64,000 nt of DNA, from the NCBI GenBank assembly GCA_964304625.1, contig OZ199839.1, forward strand, positions 1,800,093 through 1,864,092, given 5' to 3'. This document shows, piece after piece, positions 1 to 13,414 of the stretch. This stretch comes from Kudoa neothunni. Taxonomy: Eukaryota > Animalia > Cnidaria. The translations under genes and the position numbers were made by a program. The notes beneath the pieces are model-generated. The model made no database searches and was not told the origin of the DNA. It saw only the letters and a list, made by a program, of their open reading frames with translations. Each line of letters opens with the position of its first letter. Position 1 is the stretch's first letter.

Positions 1-660
1 ATCAACAATCAGACCATATAATAGATCAAAGTTCAACATTTCTTGTTATAATGGATTGTAGTGTTTATTGATCTCTTTGAGTGGTTGTCTCCATAAAGAT
101 TTCCCAGCTTCATCAATACTGCCAACTATCCAGTTATCCTGGTTGGCTAGAATTCGTCCTACGTTGTATTTTCTTTTGCAGATTAGGCTTTCGTCTATTT
201 GGAATATCATGTATGACGCGTCAATTTTTGTTGAAGTATTGAGACAATAATTCGAGTAGATGTCTCGTATGAAATTTTTCTAATCTACGACTGTTCTTTC
301 TGAAATATTTATTTCATTCATCAAAAACTCCTGATTGGTCAATTCCTTTGAGTAATAATAGATAAGCTTCAATATTTTAACGAAGCTCAAATGACTCTGC
401 TCGAAAAAGAGCCTTTTCTGATGGAATATCTTGTCGAGCAATATATACATTGAAAAACATACCCATCTGCTGAATGGGTTCATTTTACAATTGAAGTTGG
501 TTGGCCACAGCACTTTTTATTGCTATTAAGTAACCCAATGTATATTAAAAAATCGATACAATATTTTTGATCTAGCTCAAGTCTGTCAATATATTTAACA
601 TCAACTATTTCCATTCGTACAGATGTTGTTTCAGTTAGAGTAACAATGACGTCCATGATG
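1..660 (-). pseudogene. Merlin (ISXO2/IS1595-like) DDE transposase remnant, truncated by window start
   Basis: Minus-strand frames give 'ISERTVVD*KNFIRDIY', 'FQIDESLICKRKYNVGRILANQDNWIVGSID'; closely resembles the 25641-26399 ORF; stops and frameshifts present. Confidence 0.8.
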
Positions 661-683
661 CCGCTTTAAATTAAGATCTAAAC

Positions 684-3600
684 TAGTGGTTCCCAACCTT
701 TCATACCTCATCGAACCCATAAAGATCTTACGAAATCCCTATCGAACCCCTCCGTGTTATGGATGGCATGTTTTTTCCGTCATCTTATAAAGTCATCAGT
801 CCATTTAGTTTAAAAGTGATAAATCCATTTTTATGTTCTATTTATCTAAAGTTTCAAAAATGTATTGTTTATAGGTGATGAGACAACTTTTTTACATGTA
901 TATGAGCAAGCGTGTATCAAAGATTATTTATAAATTACGTTTGTTTAAGAAAACTTTCCTTTTAATTTCCCGACAATTTTTTTTATTAATATAAAAAAGA
1001 TAAACTCTGGATCGAATCAAAGTGATAAGTTTTAAAATATTTATCACAGAATAAAAAATTTGATTAAACGGTAGTTTTATTCCAGATGGACAGAATCGTT
1101 TTCCCATATCTAAAATTCAAATTATGAAAAAAATTGATTCATGAATCGATATTAAGGCAGATGTTTATACTATTGCAAGTCGTTCACCAAGTGTCGTGAT
1201 TTTCTGTGTTAAAAATTTCTTGCCAAAGTTTCGTTAAACGAAAGATCAGAAAAGATTAATGTCTATATTTATTTATTAGACACAATTATTTACCATTTTT
1301 TTAATAGAACTAATGTATGTATATCAGAATATCTAATTTAAATATAAAATTCCATAGTGAAATTTGATTTGAAATTACAATTTTTGTTTAATTAAATAAT
1401 CAAAGTTTTGCCTTTTTATGTTTGTTAACAATTTTAAATCTGTGCAACCCCTATAAAACAAAATATAATATTAAAATTTGGAAAGTTACCTATGATTTTC
1501 TCATTACAGCAAATAAAAACTAATGTGTAATTCGCTTCTGTTTTTCATTAATTATTTTTGAAATTCTAGGTTCAATTTTCGCTAACGCTATTCCCATGCC
1601 ATCACCACATTCAAGCCTGTTTCGTTTCTTTGGTTTAATATCCAATAAAGCCGAGAATGATTGTTCACACAGATATGTTGACACAAATGGAATGATTAGG
1701 TTAAGGCAGTATTTGCAATCAATGGGTAATTTGTTGTTTTGTTACACCAAAAATTGGATAATGTTGAAGTACTGAATAATTGTTGTTGCAGTTTGTTTTG
1801 TTGTAAACTAATCAATCCATCCAAATATATATCATTCACATCAGCTGATGATACTGAAAGTAGAAATGGTTGTCTTACCCATGTTGGATATGATATGCCC
1901 TTCGGAAAATGTCTTTCATGTTATCGAGTAAAGAAACATCTGCGAGCCCATCGATATCTTCAAAATTACTTATGCAATCATCCAACGAAGGAAAATTTGC
2001 AAAGCTCCCATTTTGTACCCTGCGTATCCATAGAATTAATTTTTTAAGAAATTCTAGAATCTCGTCTTCAGCTTCGATTATATTTATTCCGCCTCCTTGC
2101 ATTTGAAGATTGAGTTCGTTCAGGGTATAAAAGATATTAGTCATATAAGCCAATGTAACAACAAATTTTGCATCGGAAAAATGATGGGCATGTTGATGCT
2201 TTCGTTCCTTTAGAAATATAGCAAGTTCTTCGCGTAATGCGAAAAAGCGATTTAATACCTTTCGTTTAGACAACCATCGAGCATTCGAATGGTATAAAAG
2301 TGTTTCGGAATCCGAGCCCAACTCATTTCATAAATCCTTAAAAATTTGATGATTTAATGCACTTTTTCGCACGTAATTCACACATTCAACAACAATATTC
2401 AATACAAATTAGAGTTTCGGAGGAAAGGTTTTCATGGCCAACGCATGTCTACGAAGAATACAGTGTGTTATAATTATATGCAGAGCATCAGCTTTCATTA
2501 ACGACGCAAAACCAGAGTTTTTTCCACGTGTGACAGGAGCACCATCGGTACATATAGCAGACACCATATCCCATGTAAGTTGATGTTCTTAGGAAAAGTC
2601 ACCCACCATTTTTTTTATATTAGATACTCTTGTCGTCTTCTTGAGAGGTTTACAGAATAAGATATCTTCTTCGCAAAGGAAAATCTGTCTGTATATGCGC
2701 AAAGCGACAATTTTTAAAATGAAATATAATTTAATTTTAAAAGGAAAACTATTCGAAGTTCCAAGAATATGTTTTAACAATAAGATTTAGAAAATCCACT
2801 CCTTTAAATGAATTGTAATTTTCACATATTGCTTTGATAAACTTTTAGCTCTTCACAAAAAGAAGGCAACTCTGGATGACACTGTTCAAAGCGGTTTTTG
2901 AAATGGCGATTAAAACTTCCACGGAATTCGATGTAAGTGGAATGTTTTTGAAAATTCTATCATATGCATTCCAGCACTCAATTGGATATTTGGAGCTATT
3001 CAAGAAATTTTTTTCAAAATATTTAAAAAATTCAGACAAATTTAGTTCGGTGCAAGTAGATGATTTTTTAAGGATTTTTTTGTATTTAATATGGATAAAA
3101 TCCGCGGGGACAAAAGCCAACGAAGAAACAGTTTTCATAAATAATTTGAATTCATGATTGTGAAGAAATTCTTCGGAGATACCAAGCTTTTGAATTTTCC
3201 TCCAAAGACATTACATTGCCCTAGATGAAATAAACAAAAATAAACTTGACACTTTGTTGCTTTTTTAAAATCGATGACCACATAATCTGGAAGTTTCTGT
3301 TCGCATTTTTCATAAAGAGTACTAAAGGCACGCATGTAATCGTTTTCCTTGTTACTTTTCATTAGAATAAATGCTAATGAAAGGGTTTTAGAGTTAATTT
3401 ATCCGTGAATTGCGTCGAGTTGCAAAAATTCATTTGGGCAAGCTATAAACGTTCCAACGGAAATCAAGAATCTTGAATTTTTCAAGTGACCAAATTTCGT
3501 TCAGTTGCAAAAATGACGATTCTATCGCTTTCATTAACTCCAGAGTCGTATAAACAAAAGGACTCATTTCGAAGTGTACAAAAGTTCAGTTCTTGAAGGT

Positions 3601-4250
3601 TTTTGGTTTTGTCCACAACTATGGAGTTCCTCTTTCTGATGTTTCGAATATTTTTAAAAGTATGGCTTTTATTAAGTATTGGAAGATCACACAATTTTGA
3701 GGTACAAATTGCAAGAGTAAACTTGTTGCGTAGTATACGAAGTATTCATGGAAATATCTTGAATCTTCGACGACAAAAATATTTTTGATATGTCATTTTC
3801 AGACAATGTTTGATTATGATCATCAGTTGATAAAATAATTTCCACCGGATCCGAAAGATTCGTTCCGATTTTCGCAGGGCAAGTTCTCTGTTGGCATCTA
3901 CAAGAAGCAAACATTTCTCCAACATGGTGTTTAGTGTAAAAATAGTTTTTATAAAAAATCAAATCCGTATTGGAGCATGTTTTAATAATTTGACAATTTG
4001 GACTAACCATTATAAATCAGATTAACTCGAGCGGTATATTAACGCGCACGCGGGGGCAGATTTTTTCCATGTCTTCTTCTTTTATGGAGTTTTGGTAGAA
4101 ATATCTCACAAATACAGAAAGCTGGCACATATCAACAATATCCGTAGTTTCGGCAGCCTTACCTATAAGGATATTTGCCATTTTAATCGCAGCTGGCTTA
4201 ACTAATGATTCGCCAATTGTATGAGGCTTGCTTAGTTTTCCAATCTGTTG
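684..4250 (-). mobile_element. hAT/Buster (ZBED5/ZBED8-like) transposon, decayed, interrupted by a MULE and missing its 5' end
   Basis: TIR TAGTGGTTCCCAACCTTT at 684, preceded by nnnTAnnn site ATCTAAAC. Minus-strand fragments: 'KPHTIGESLVKPAA' (~4150-4247), 'ICTDGAP', 'HSNARWLSK', 'LNELNLQMQG', 'PFVSTYLCEQSFS' (hATC). Second TIR not found. Confidence 0.85.
2673..4068 (-). mobile_element. FLYWCH-type MULE transposon (degenerate) nested in the Buster element
   Basis: FLYWCH-like 'SCRCQQRTCPAKI...HN', 'SDRIVIFATE', 'CLFHLGQC', 'LAFVP', 'PLTSNSVE'. Flanked by ATATCTTCTTC (2662-2672) and ATGTCTTCTTC (4069-4079), which split the host 'EED' codons. Degenerate GGAAAA(A)ATCTG TIR. Confidence 0.75.
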
Positions 4251-4314
4251 AAGATTAATCTAATCCTACTTCCACAATAATTTACAACATTATATTTACG
4301 TAGTTAGTCGTTTA

Positions 4315-6418
4315 TAAGGTTTAAGATCGGTTCGGTTTTTGTAAGAACCGAACCGATTTAAAAAATTTTTGTTAAGTATTTATCATATTCTCAATCAACA
4401 TAGAAAACTTTTTTATGTATTAAATGAGCATAAGATTTTCGTGGAATTGAACGTGTTTTAACGATGATAAAATTGGTCAAAAATGGTGAGCGCTATTTGG
4501 AATTTTTTGTCAAACTAGCCGATGAAAAGGAAAAATGCAAAAAGTGCAATGCTGTACTTGTTTGCAAAAAAGACTCAACGAGCACGCTTCATTCACATGC
4601 CAAGACCCGTGGGATTGATTCAAAATCAAAGTTGTTTAACATCATTAATATTTTTAAATAAAAATTAGAATCGTTCAAACGCAACCCATAATTAACAATT
4701 TTGTCAACAAAGGTCTCTGGGAATCAAATCTTGACTCAGATATCGCGAGGCTGATCCCTGTCGACAATATTCCAATTTGGAAAATTGCCAGCAGTATAAC
4801 TTTAAGAAAACTGCTCAAAAAGGCACATGGAAAAGAAATTCCAGTGTCCTACGACGCAATTTTTAATTCATTAATCATTGTGGGAAACTCAAGACCTGCA
4901 CTCTGTTGTGACGAGTGGACATCAAGGTCAAATAAACGTCTCCTTAATATCCAAGCCTATTTCGAGGTGGAAAAAATCTCTCTTGATGTAACAAGAGTAA
5001 TAGAAGAGATGCACAGGAGTAGAATTGGCTTCATTAATAAATAAACAATTGTTAAAATTTGGAGTCAATTCATTATTTATGTGCACTGATGGAGCTTCAA
5101 ACAAGGCGAAATGTACGTATGAGTTGGGGTTTCAGTAGATAAAGTGCATGCTTCACGGCCTAAATTTGGGTAGTCGTGTTGTCAGGTGACAATCCTAGAA
5201 TAACTTAACTTATAACTGTTAAAGGCACCATGTACAAAGAAACCTATAGTTTTCAGACAGAAAATACAGGAATGATAACGGATGAGCAGGAGTTTGTTCT
5301 TATGTCCAATGTTTTTGATGTTGTTTCTCGAGTCAGGTCAATTATCATTTTTTTTAAGATTTAGATTGGCTACCGACACATTAAGGAAGCCGTGTGAGTA
5401 AAAAAGAATACAATATTTATCTCTAAACATTGATTGTGTCACACGTTGGTCCAGCTTATATCAAATGTTGATAAAGTTTGTTCAAATGTACCGGGAAATA
5501 GAGCGTACTTATTCTATTCTGGAAAAGAATTATCAGTAGACAAGGACGAAATAATTTTTATCAATGTAATTACTTACATAATATTTTTATGAATGATTTA
5601 CAATAAAGGAGCTAACATCATCCCTTGAAATTGCACATCGAGCTGTTATCAAATTGTCTGAGTCGGTTATTAATTTGGCGCAATAAATGAACTCATACAT
5701 GTTGAGGGATCAATTACATCGAAATTAAAAGAAAACGTCATCAAGCGCTGCAAAGAAAGACGAACAATTTGGTCGGACATCTTTTTGAATCTAAGTTTTG
5801 ATTCAAAAATCTGTGACAAAAGCTTTTTCTACAAAAGACCGTCACATTTTGAGCTAGAGGAAGCGATAAACTTTGTTGAGCCAGTTGATCAATTTAAAAG
5901 TGAAGCCCCTGAGTTAAATTTGGACTTAGAAGATTTGATAAATTACGTTTCCGAGCCCAAGCGCTTAAAACTTACCGACTCATATGAAATCCTCAATCTT
6001 ACATGTCATGGCGTGATGACGGATCGCTTAGAAAGAGTTCGAAAAGCCCTTTCTAGCATAAGACCCACGAGCATTGATTCCGAAAGATGTTTTCCTTGTG
6101 TAATCACATCATCATCATCATCATCCCATTCCGAACAAGATTGAGCGATTCAAAACCCGACATTATCGTGTTTATTTATGAAACCCGGAATAATTAATTT
6201 CTGTTTGATTCTAATGATATTTGTTACGATGCATTATGTAGAATTCTAACATAAATAGACTATAACCACTATTAAAAGGAAGGATCCATCATATTTTAAG
6301 AATTAAACTTTTTAAAAAGAGGATACAAAATTAATTAAACTGTACGATAATTTTAAACCTTTTTTGAAAGGTACGTTTAAAAATGAATAGTTTATATTTA
6401 TATTTTTTTATAAATCAT
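4315..6418 (+). pseudogene. Ac-type hAT transposon (BED finger + DDE + hATC), decayed; left arm of giant palindrome
   Basis: Terminus TAAGGTTTAAGATCGGTTCGG with AACCG repeats; BED-like 'CKKCNAVLVCKKDSTSTLHSH'; 'CDEWTS', 'TDGASN', 'TRWSSLYQML', 'PTSIDSERCF'; many stops and frameshifts. Confidence 0.8.
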
Positions 6419-9400
6419 GGCAGTGGCTATTCGCACGGTAATCGATATCTCCATAACCGCTTCTCAGTTTATAATCACATTTCGCAAACTTATTTATTGA
6501 TTTTGTTCCTACGAAATTTTATATAAAAACATAAAACATATGTTTATCATCATGATAATCCCATTAAATAGAATGGAACTTTTAAAATAACAAATTATAA
6601 GTTATTATTAACGTATATAATCAGTTTAAAAAAATTATAACCAGTATTAATATATAATACATAAAAAATGGACGACCGCAATTATTCATTGATTGGGCGC
6701 GCAGGCAATGACCACCTTGTTTTACACATTTGTTTGCGCTGTTTCTAACATGGGAATTTTTGTCACAATGAAAAAAATAAAAATATTTAACTTCCACAAA
6801 AGTATAATAAATGGATAAAATGATAAATTTTTGTTATGGCTTACTTGGAAACATTCGATTATTGTTTTCTTTTTTTTGGTAGGCCTATGGCTGTTAATCT
6901 TTGGCCCCTACGTCATCCTACTGATTTTACTTGATTGGGAAGAATAAGACCCATTAGATATTATCGCGATTTGAATATGTAACAAGTTACGATTAATATC
7001 GTTGTATGTTGATACGTGCGCTATATCAGAAATATTATGTAAATTGGCATTACAATCATCTTCCAATATTTCATTTCTTGTTTTTTTATCGAATGACTTA
7101 TCAATTATTATCGTTCGGTCTGTAATTTCTGTTAATAATAATAATAATAAACAACGATAATTTGAACGGTTGTTCTACCACGAGGAAATTCTTAAACAAA
7201 TATTACCTGAAAAATTGTCACCCTTTTTTGTTGCAGGAATCTTCGACTTCACTTACTTCTGTAATAAATTGAAACAATCACAAACTAAAATATCACTATT
7301 TTCTTTGTCGGAATTTTTGATAATTTAACTTATGACAAATAAAAATAATAATTATTAGCAAAAGTACTTTTTCCAATGATGTCGTCCAACTTATTTGTGT
7401 CGTGCTCTCTCATGACACTTTCAAGGGATTTAATAGCATAAATGCACCTGTGAAAATAGTCGCCACAAAATTCAGCCGAAGTTGATGCCAACTTGTTTGT
7501 AAAAATTGCTGCATGTTTCAATCTTTGAGAGTAGGAATTGAGGTTTGGATTTTTTTGGCATTTTAATGAAATATTTTGTGAACTTTGGAGATGGGGAATA
7601 AGATAAGAAATTATGTATATGTTCCCTTGTCCATCGAGAGTGACATAACGAAGGTTCAAACAATTCTAAAGATAAGTCATTCCGTATTTTCAGTATATGT
7701 CGACATGGAAGTTAATAAATCCGGTAAAACTTGCATGAACAGCAGTGTATGGAATTATCTGACAATTTATTTAAATTTTCCACTGTCGTTGCAGATAATA
7801 ATTCTTCATAGACTAATTTGGCCGCAAATGGTGTTAGAAGATCTGAGTATCTATTTCCCTCCTGACATTTTGTATTACTTTGAGAATTATTAAGTAATGC
7901 TCGAACTGTGTTGCAATTTCTTTCTATTCTCATTGAACGAAGAAGATCAAAAAAGTGTTCTATAAATTGGGGGTAACGTCGAAAAATTTCTAATAACGGT
8001 TTTAAGTTTCCCGTCTATAGACTCAAGACGGTTATTCGTAGTGTTATCATAATAATGTCTAGCATTACTTAGTCCAATAATCCACTCATCCGATATTTTT
8101 CCCCAGTTTTTTGCGAAATATTTTGTGATTTCAGGAATTCCAAAATTATTAAATTCATTGCGTAGGGTATCGAAAACCATTCTATCATCCACGTAAATCA
8201 TTTTTTCTACTAAACGTAAAATTCTTTCTTTTTCATTCCTTTTAATGTTGTATTTAGATAATAATATTTCCTTTTGAAATGTTTGCAATACATGAAATTT
8301 GCAAAGCAATAAATTGGCGTTAATAAAATATTTCTTAGGGCATTTGCGTAATTTTAGATCCTTGTCTGTAATGATAGTCGTAACATTTGATTTAATCCAA
8401 GAAGCTAGTTGAGTTAATTCGTTTAAATACCATAGAATGGTTTCTTCGGCTTCATCAAACAGAATTCCAGCACTTGTAATGTGCGTAAATCCCAATGAGT
8501 CTTCTGCTACGGTCAAATAAAACGGAGCTCTAAAATATTTTATGAAATTAACCAGAAAGTCGTGCTATATTGATTGCATAACAATAATAATAATTATACC
8601 TTGAGTCCAAAAGCTTATACGTCGCATCTTTCATTAAAAGTTCTGGAAAGAATTTTAGCACTCTTTTCATGTATTCGTCAACAAATAATACGCCACAAAC
8701 TTCATTTTCTTTATTGGAAAGGACCCTTACATCACACTTGTACTCAATCGTAAGCATGTTATAAACCGACAAAAAACTATCATCTTTTGTGGAAATTTTC
8801 TTTAAATTATGTAATGATTTCAAAGTAACAACTTTCCCAGTTTCCTTGTTAATATGTGACTGGATCAATTTCTTGTTTGGCCCCAACTGCAATTAAACCG
8901 GCTAAGGTGGGGTCCGACCTGTCTATTTTCCTTTGAGGTGGTAAGTATTGAAAGACGATAGAATCACAGTTGTGATTATGATTTTTGTTGATCGATTTTA
9001 TCTCAAGAAATTCACCATCATCGCTCGCTCTTAGAGATATATAGAAAGGGCATCCAATTTTAAGTGAAGGTTTATTTCTTTTTCCAATTCCGTGATTTTC
9101 ATGTTTCTTCGCAAAAAAACAAACGTATTTTATTTCATAATAAACTATTAAAGGGTTAAGGTACCTATTCATTCGTTTCTGTGCATTTTCTATAGATTTT
9201 GAGTTGTATATTTTAAGATTACAGCATTTATTCTGTTCATAAGCATAAATTGTATCGCGTAGTGAATCAAATGTGGGAAACTTCTTTCCTATCCCAAAGT
9301 AAATTTGTTCGTTATTGCATCGACTTGTTTGCTCCATAATTATGATTTTAAAATTGCGCGATCATATGAATTCATACGTCGTATAAGTATCACTGCGTTA

Positions 9401-9982
9401 AAATAACATTGAAATCATTTAATATTAAAACTAGTGTAGAACGGTTACAAATATCTTGGTATCAAGATCTTATTCCATGAAACATCCTAAATTTTTTTAT
9501 TACTTTCTTATGCTGGCAGTTCATTATCCAATAATTATCAAAAAACCTACATAACATCATGTATTACAAATATACAAAAAATAGAGGTTAAATTTTTAAT
9601 ATTCGTACGTAACATAAAAATTATAAATAGGTTTATGTATTTTTGATGTAAACATCTCAATTAATTATTCGCGAGTCTTGACACGTGATGTAGTTTTTCC
9701 GCGCCCAATCAATGAATAATTGCGGTCGTCCATTTTTTATGTATTATATATTAATACTGGTTATAATTTTTTTAAACTGATTATATACGTTAATAATAAC
9801 TTATAATTTGTTATTTTAAAAGTTCCATTCTATTTAATGGGATTATCATGATGATAAACATATGTTTTATGTTTTTATATAAAATTTCGTAGGAACAAAA
9901 TCAATAAATAAGTTTGCGAAATGTGATTATAAACTGAGAAGCGGTTATGGAGATATCGATTACCGTGCGAATAGCCACTGCC
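6419..9982 (-). mobile_element. MULE (FAR1/ZSWIM3-like, SWIM finger) transposon with 283-bp TIRs, degenerate
   Basis: TIRs begin GGCAGTGGCTATTC, as in the sister element at 52367. FAR1-like 'GCPFYI...HNH', 'KDATYKL', 'ITDKD', 'LCKFHVLQ', 'NTTNNRLES', SWIM 'CCSCKF', C-terminal 'GR-RG..T.IGLPKKK'. Confidence 0.85.
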
Positions 9983-12086
9983 ATGATTTATAAAAAAATA
10001 TAAATATAAACTATTCATTTTTAAACGTACCTTTCAAAAAAGGTTTAAAATTATCGTACAGTTTAATTAATTTTGTATCCTCTTTTTAAAAAGTTTAATT
10101 CTTAAAATATGATGGATCCTTCCTTTTAATAGTGGTTATAGTCTATTTATGTTAGAATTCTACATAATGCATCGTAACAAATATCATTAGAATCAAACAG
10201 AAATTAATTATTCCGGGTTTCATAAATAAACACGATAATGTCGGGTTTTGAATCGCTCAATCTTGTTCGGAATGGGATGATGATGATGATGATGTGATTA
10301 CACAAGGAAAACATCTTTCGGAATCAATGCTCGTGGGTCTTATGCTAGAAAGGGCTTTTCGAACTCTTTCTAAGCGATCCGTCATCACGCCATGACATGT
10401 AAGATTGAGGATTTCATATGAGTCGGTAAGTTTTAAGCGCTTGGGCTCGGAAACGTAATTTATCAAATCTTCTAAGTCCAAATTTAACTCAGGGGCTTCA
10501 CTTTTAAATTGATCAACTGGCTCAACAAAGTTTATCGCTTCCTCTAGCTCAAAATGTGACGGTCTTTTGTAGAAAAAGCTTTTGTCACAGATTTTTGAAT
10601 CAAAACTTAGATTCAAAAAGATGTCCGACCAAATTGTTCGTCTTTCTTTGCAGCGCTTGATGACGTTTTCTTTTAATTTCGATGTAATTGATCCCTCAAC
10701 ATGTATGAGTTCATTTATTGCGCCAAATTAATAACCGACTCAGACAATTTGATAACAGCTCGATGTGCAATTTCAAGGGATGATGTTAGCTCCTTTATTG
10801 TAAATCATTCATAAAAATATTATGTAAGTAATTACATTGATAAAAATTATTTCGTCCTTGTCTACTGATAATTCTTTTCCAGAATAGAATAAGTACGCTC
10901 TATTTCCCGGTACATTTGAACAAACTTTATCAACATTTGATATAAGCTGGACCAACGTGTGACACAATCAATGTTTAGAGATAAATATTGTATTCTTTTT
11001 TACTCACACGGCTTCCTTAATGTGTCGGTAGCCAATCTAAATCTTAAAAAAAATGATAATTGACCTGACTCGAGAAACAACATCAAAAACATTGGACATA
11101 AGAACAAACTCCTGCTCATCCGTTATCATTCCTGTATTTTCTGTCTGAAAACTATAGGTTTCTTTGTACATGGTGCCTTTAACAGTTATAAGTTAAGTTA
11201 TTCTAGGATTGTCACCTGACAACACGACTACCCAAATTTAGGCCGTGAAGCATGCACTTTATCTACTGAAACCCCAACTCATACGTACATTTCGCCTTGT
11301 TTGAAGCTCCATCAGTGCACATAAATAATGAATTGACTCCAAATTTTAACAATTGTTTATTTATTAATGAAGCCAATTCTACTCCTGTGCATCTCTTCTA
11401 TTACTCTTGTTACATCAAGAGAGATTTTTTCCACCTCGAAATAGGCTTGGATATTAAGGAGACGTTTATTTGACCTTGATGTCCACTCGTCACAACAGAG
11501 TGCAGGTCTTGAGTTTCCCACAATGATTAATGAATTAAAAATTGCGTCGTAGGACACTGGAATTTCTTTTCCATGTGCCTTTTTGAGCAGTTTTCTTAAA
11601 GTTATACTGCTGGCAATTTTCCAAATTGGAATATTGTCGACAGGGATCAGCCTCGCGATATCTGAGTCAAGATTTGATTCCCAGAGACCTTTGTTGACAA
11701 AATTGTTAATTATGGGTTGCGTTTGAACGATTCTAATTTTTATTTAAAAATATTAATGATGTTAAACAACTTTGATTTTGAATCAATCCCACGGGTCTTG
11801 GCATGTGAATGAAGCGTGCTCGTTGAGTCTTTTTTGCAAACAAGTACAGCATTGCACTTTTTGCATTTTTCCTTTTCATCGGCTAGTTTGACAAAAAATT
11901 CCAAATAGCGCTCACCATTTTTGACCAATTTTATCATCGTTAAAACACGTTCAATTCCACGAAAATCTTATGCTCATTTAATACATAAAAAAGTTTTCTA
12001 TGTTGATTGAGAATATGATAAATACTTAACAAAAATTTTTTAAATCGGTTCGGTTCTTACAAAAACCGAACCGTTCTTAAATCTTA
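9983..12086 (-). pseudogene. Inverted copy of the 4315-6418 hAT pseudogene; right arm of giant palindrome
   Basis: ORFs 10257-10616, 11357-11557 and 11740-11937 translate identically to 5785-6144, 4844-5044 and 4464-4661; mirrored coordinates sum to 16401. Confidence 0.95.
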
Positions 12087-12361
12087 CTTCTTTCAGCTTA
12101 AACAGAATTTATACACGCACTAGCTTTAATGATAATAATTATACTGAACCATTTACTAATACTACATCTAATGTTAATGTTACCTTAAATTCACAACAGT
12201 CTGCAACTTCAGTTTGCGAGTCTTACCCTAATAGCTCCAACTATGTGACATTGAAATCCCCTGAACGAGATCAACAAAAGGTCTCGGATTTTTTTATCCA
12301 AATCAAACCGACTAATTTTGATAAAAATGTTAAAAATTTTGACAGCTGCGAATCTGGCTCT

Positions 12362-13414
12362 GGGTTAATTTACAGTTCAGTGAAATTCATTGTCGTTTAT
12401 CGTCATCAATCGGAATTTATAGCGCGGTGGGAGTTTACTTCAGAAAATATCGATGATTAATTGTTGGCACATCATTTTGAAATAAAGAATGACACAGAAA
12501 AAAACAAATATCATTCTTACAAAAACTTAAACTTATACCTAAAGAGAGAATGTGAGATAATTGTGACGTGTTAATGTTGCAAAAAAAAGATTCTATTATT
12601 GATAAGTATTTGTTCAAATGTCTAATATGTAAAAAAAACTTCAATTAGAAGAGGGGCATTTTTGAGGGTTCCAAACCAACGCTATGGCAAATCTTTGCAT
12701 TGATGTATATAGAAGTCAATGATATCCACATGTCGTATCCACAGCTGTCGAAACAACTGCAAATAGGTTCCGACAGTATAATTTGTGACTGGAGGAATTT
12801 TATCAGGGAAGTTTGTGTCGATTACCTTGATTTACATAATGAAAGAATCGGAGTACATGCATTGATAGTACAAATTGATGAATCACAGATTTGCAAACGT
12901 AAGTATCACGAAGGAAGAGTTTTGATAAATCAAATCACATGGATCGTTGGTGGTATAGACTCGTATGGTAATATATTTCAAGTGCTAGCTAACCACCATT
13001 CGAAATCAACCTACACTCGAATATATAAAAATTGAAAATGTTCATCCTGGGTCAATACTTTGGACAGATTGCTGGGTTGGTTACAACAAGTTGGGTGAAA
13101 TTTACCATAGCCATGAGGCAGTAAATCATTCGGTTGAATTTAAGACACAGGATGGTATGCATACCAACCGTATCGAAGCAATCTGGGATGCATTACAAAA
13201 ATATCGACATATAACTCATAAAAAGTCGGAATTAATTGGTCCCTATTTCACAGAGTACCATTTTAAGCAAAAATTCCCCACAAATACATTTTCGATGTAC
13301 ATAAAAATAATTTATGAAATATATTTACATTAAAATACGTTTATCTTTTAAACTTGTTTTTTCGCGTGGGCAGCCGAATATATCCGATGAATTCGATTGA
13401 ACTGTAAATTAGCC
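12362..13414 (+). mobile_element. Merlin transposon, degenerate
   Basis: TIR GG(G)T/CTAATTTACAGTTCA; 8-bp TSD CTGGCTCT / CAGGCTCT; 'VQIDESQICKRKYHEGR', 'WTDCW', 'VNHS...HTNRIEAIW'. Confidence 0.85.

Larger units (their letters stand above)
4315..12086. repeat. Giant inverted repeat: arms 4315-6701 and 9700-12086 (2,387 bp each), spacer 2,998 bp
   Basis: Direct reverse-complement match with no net indel; the only differences I found are 2 substitutions in the outermost ~13 bp. Confidence 0.95.
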
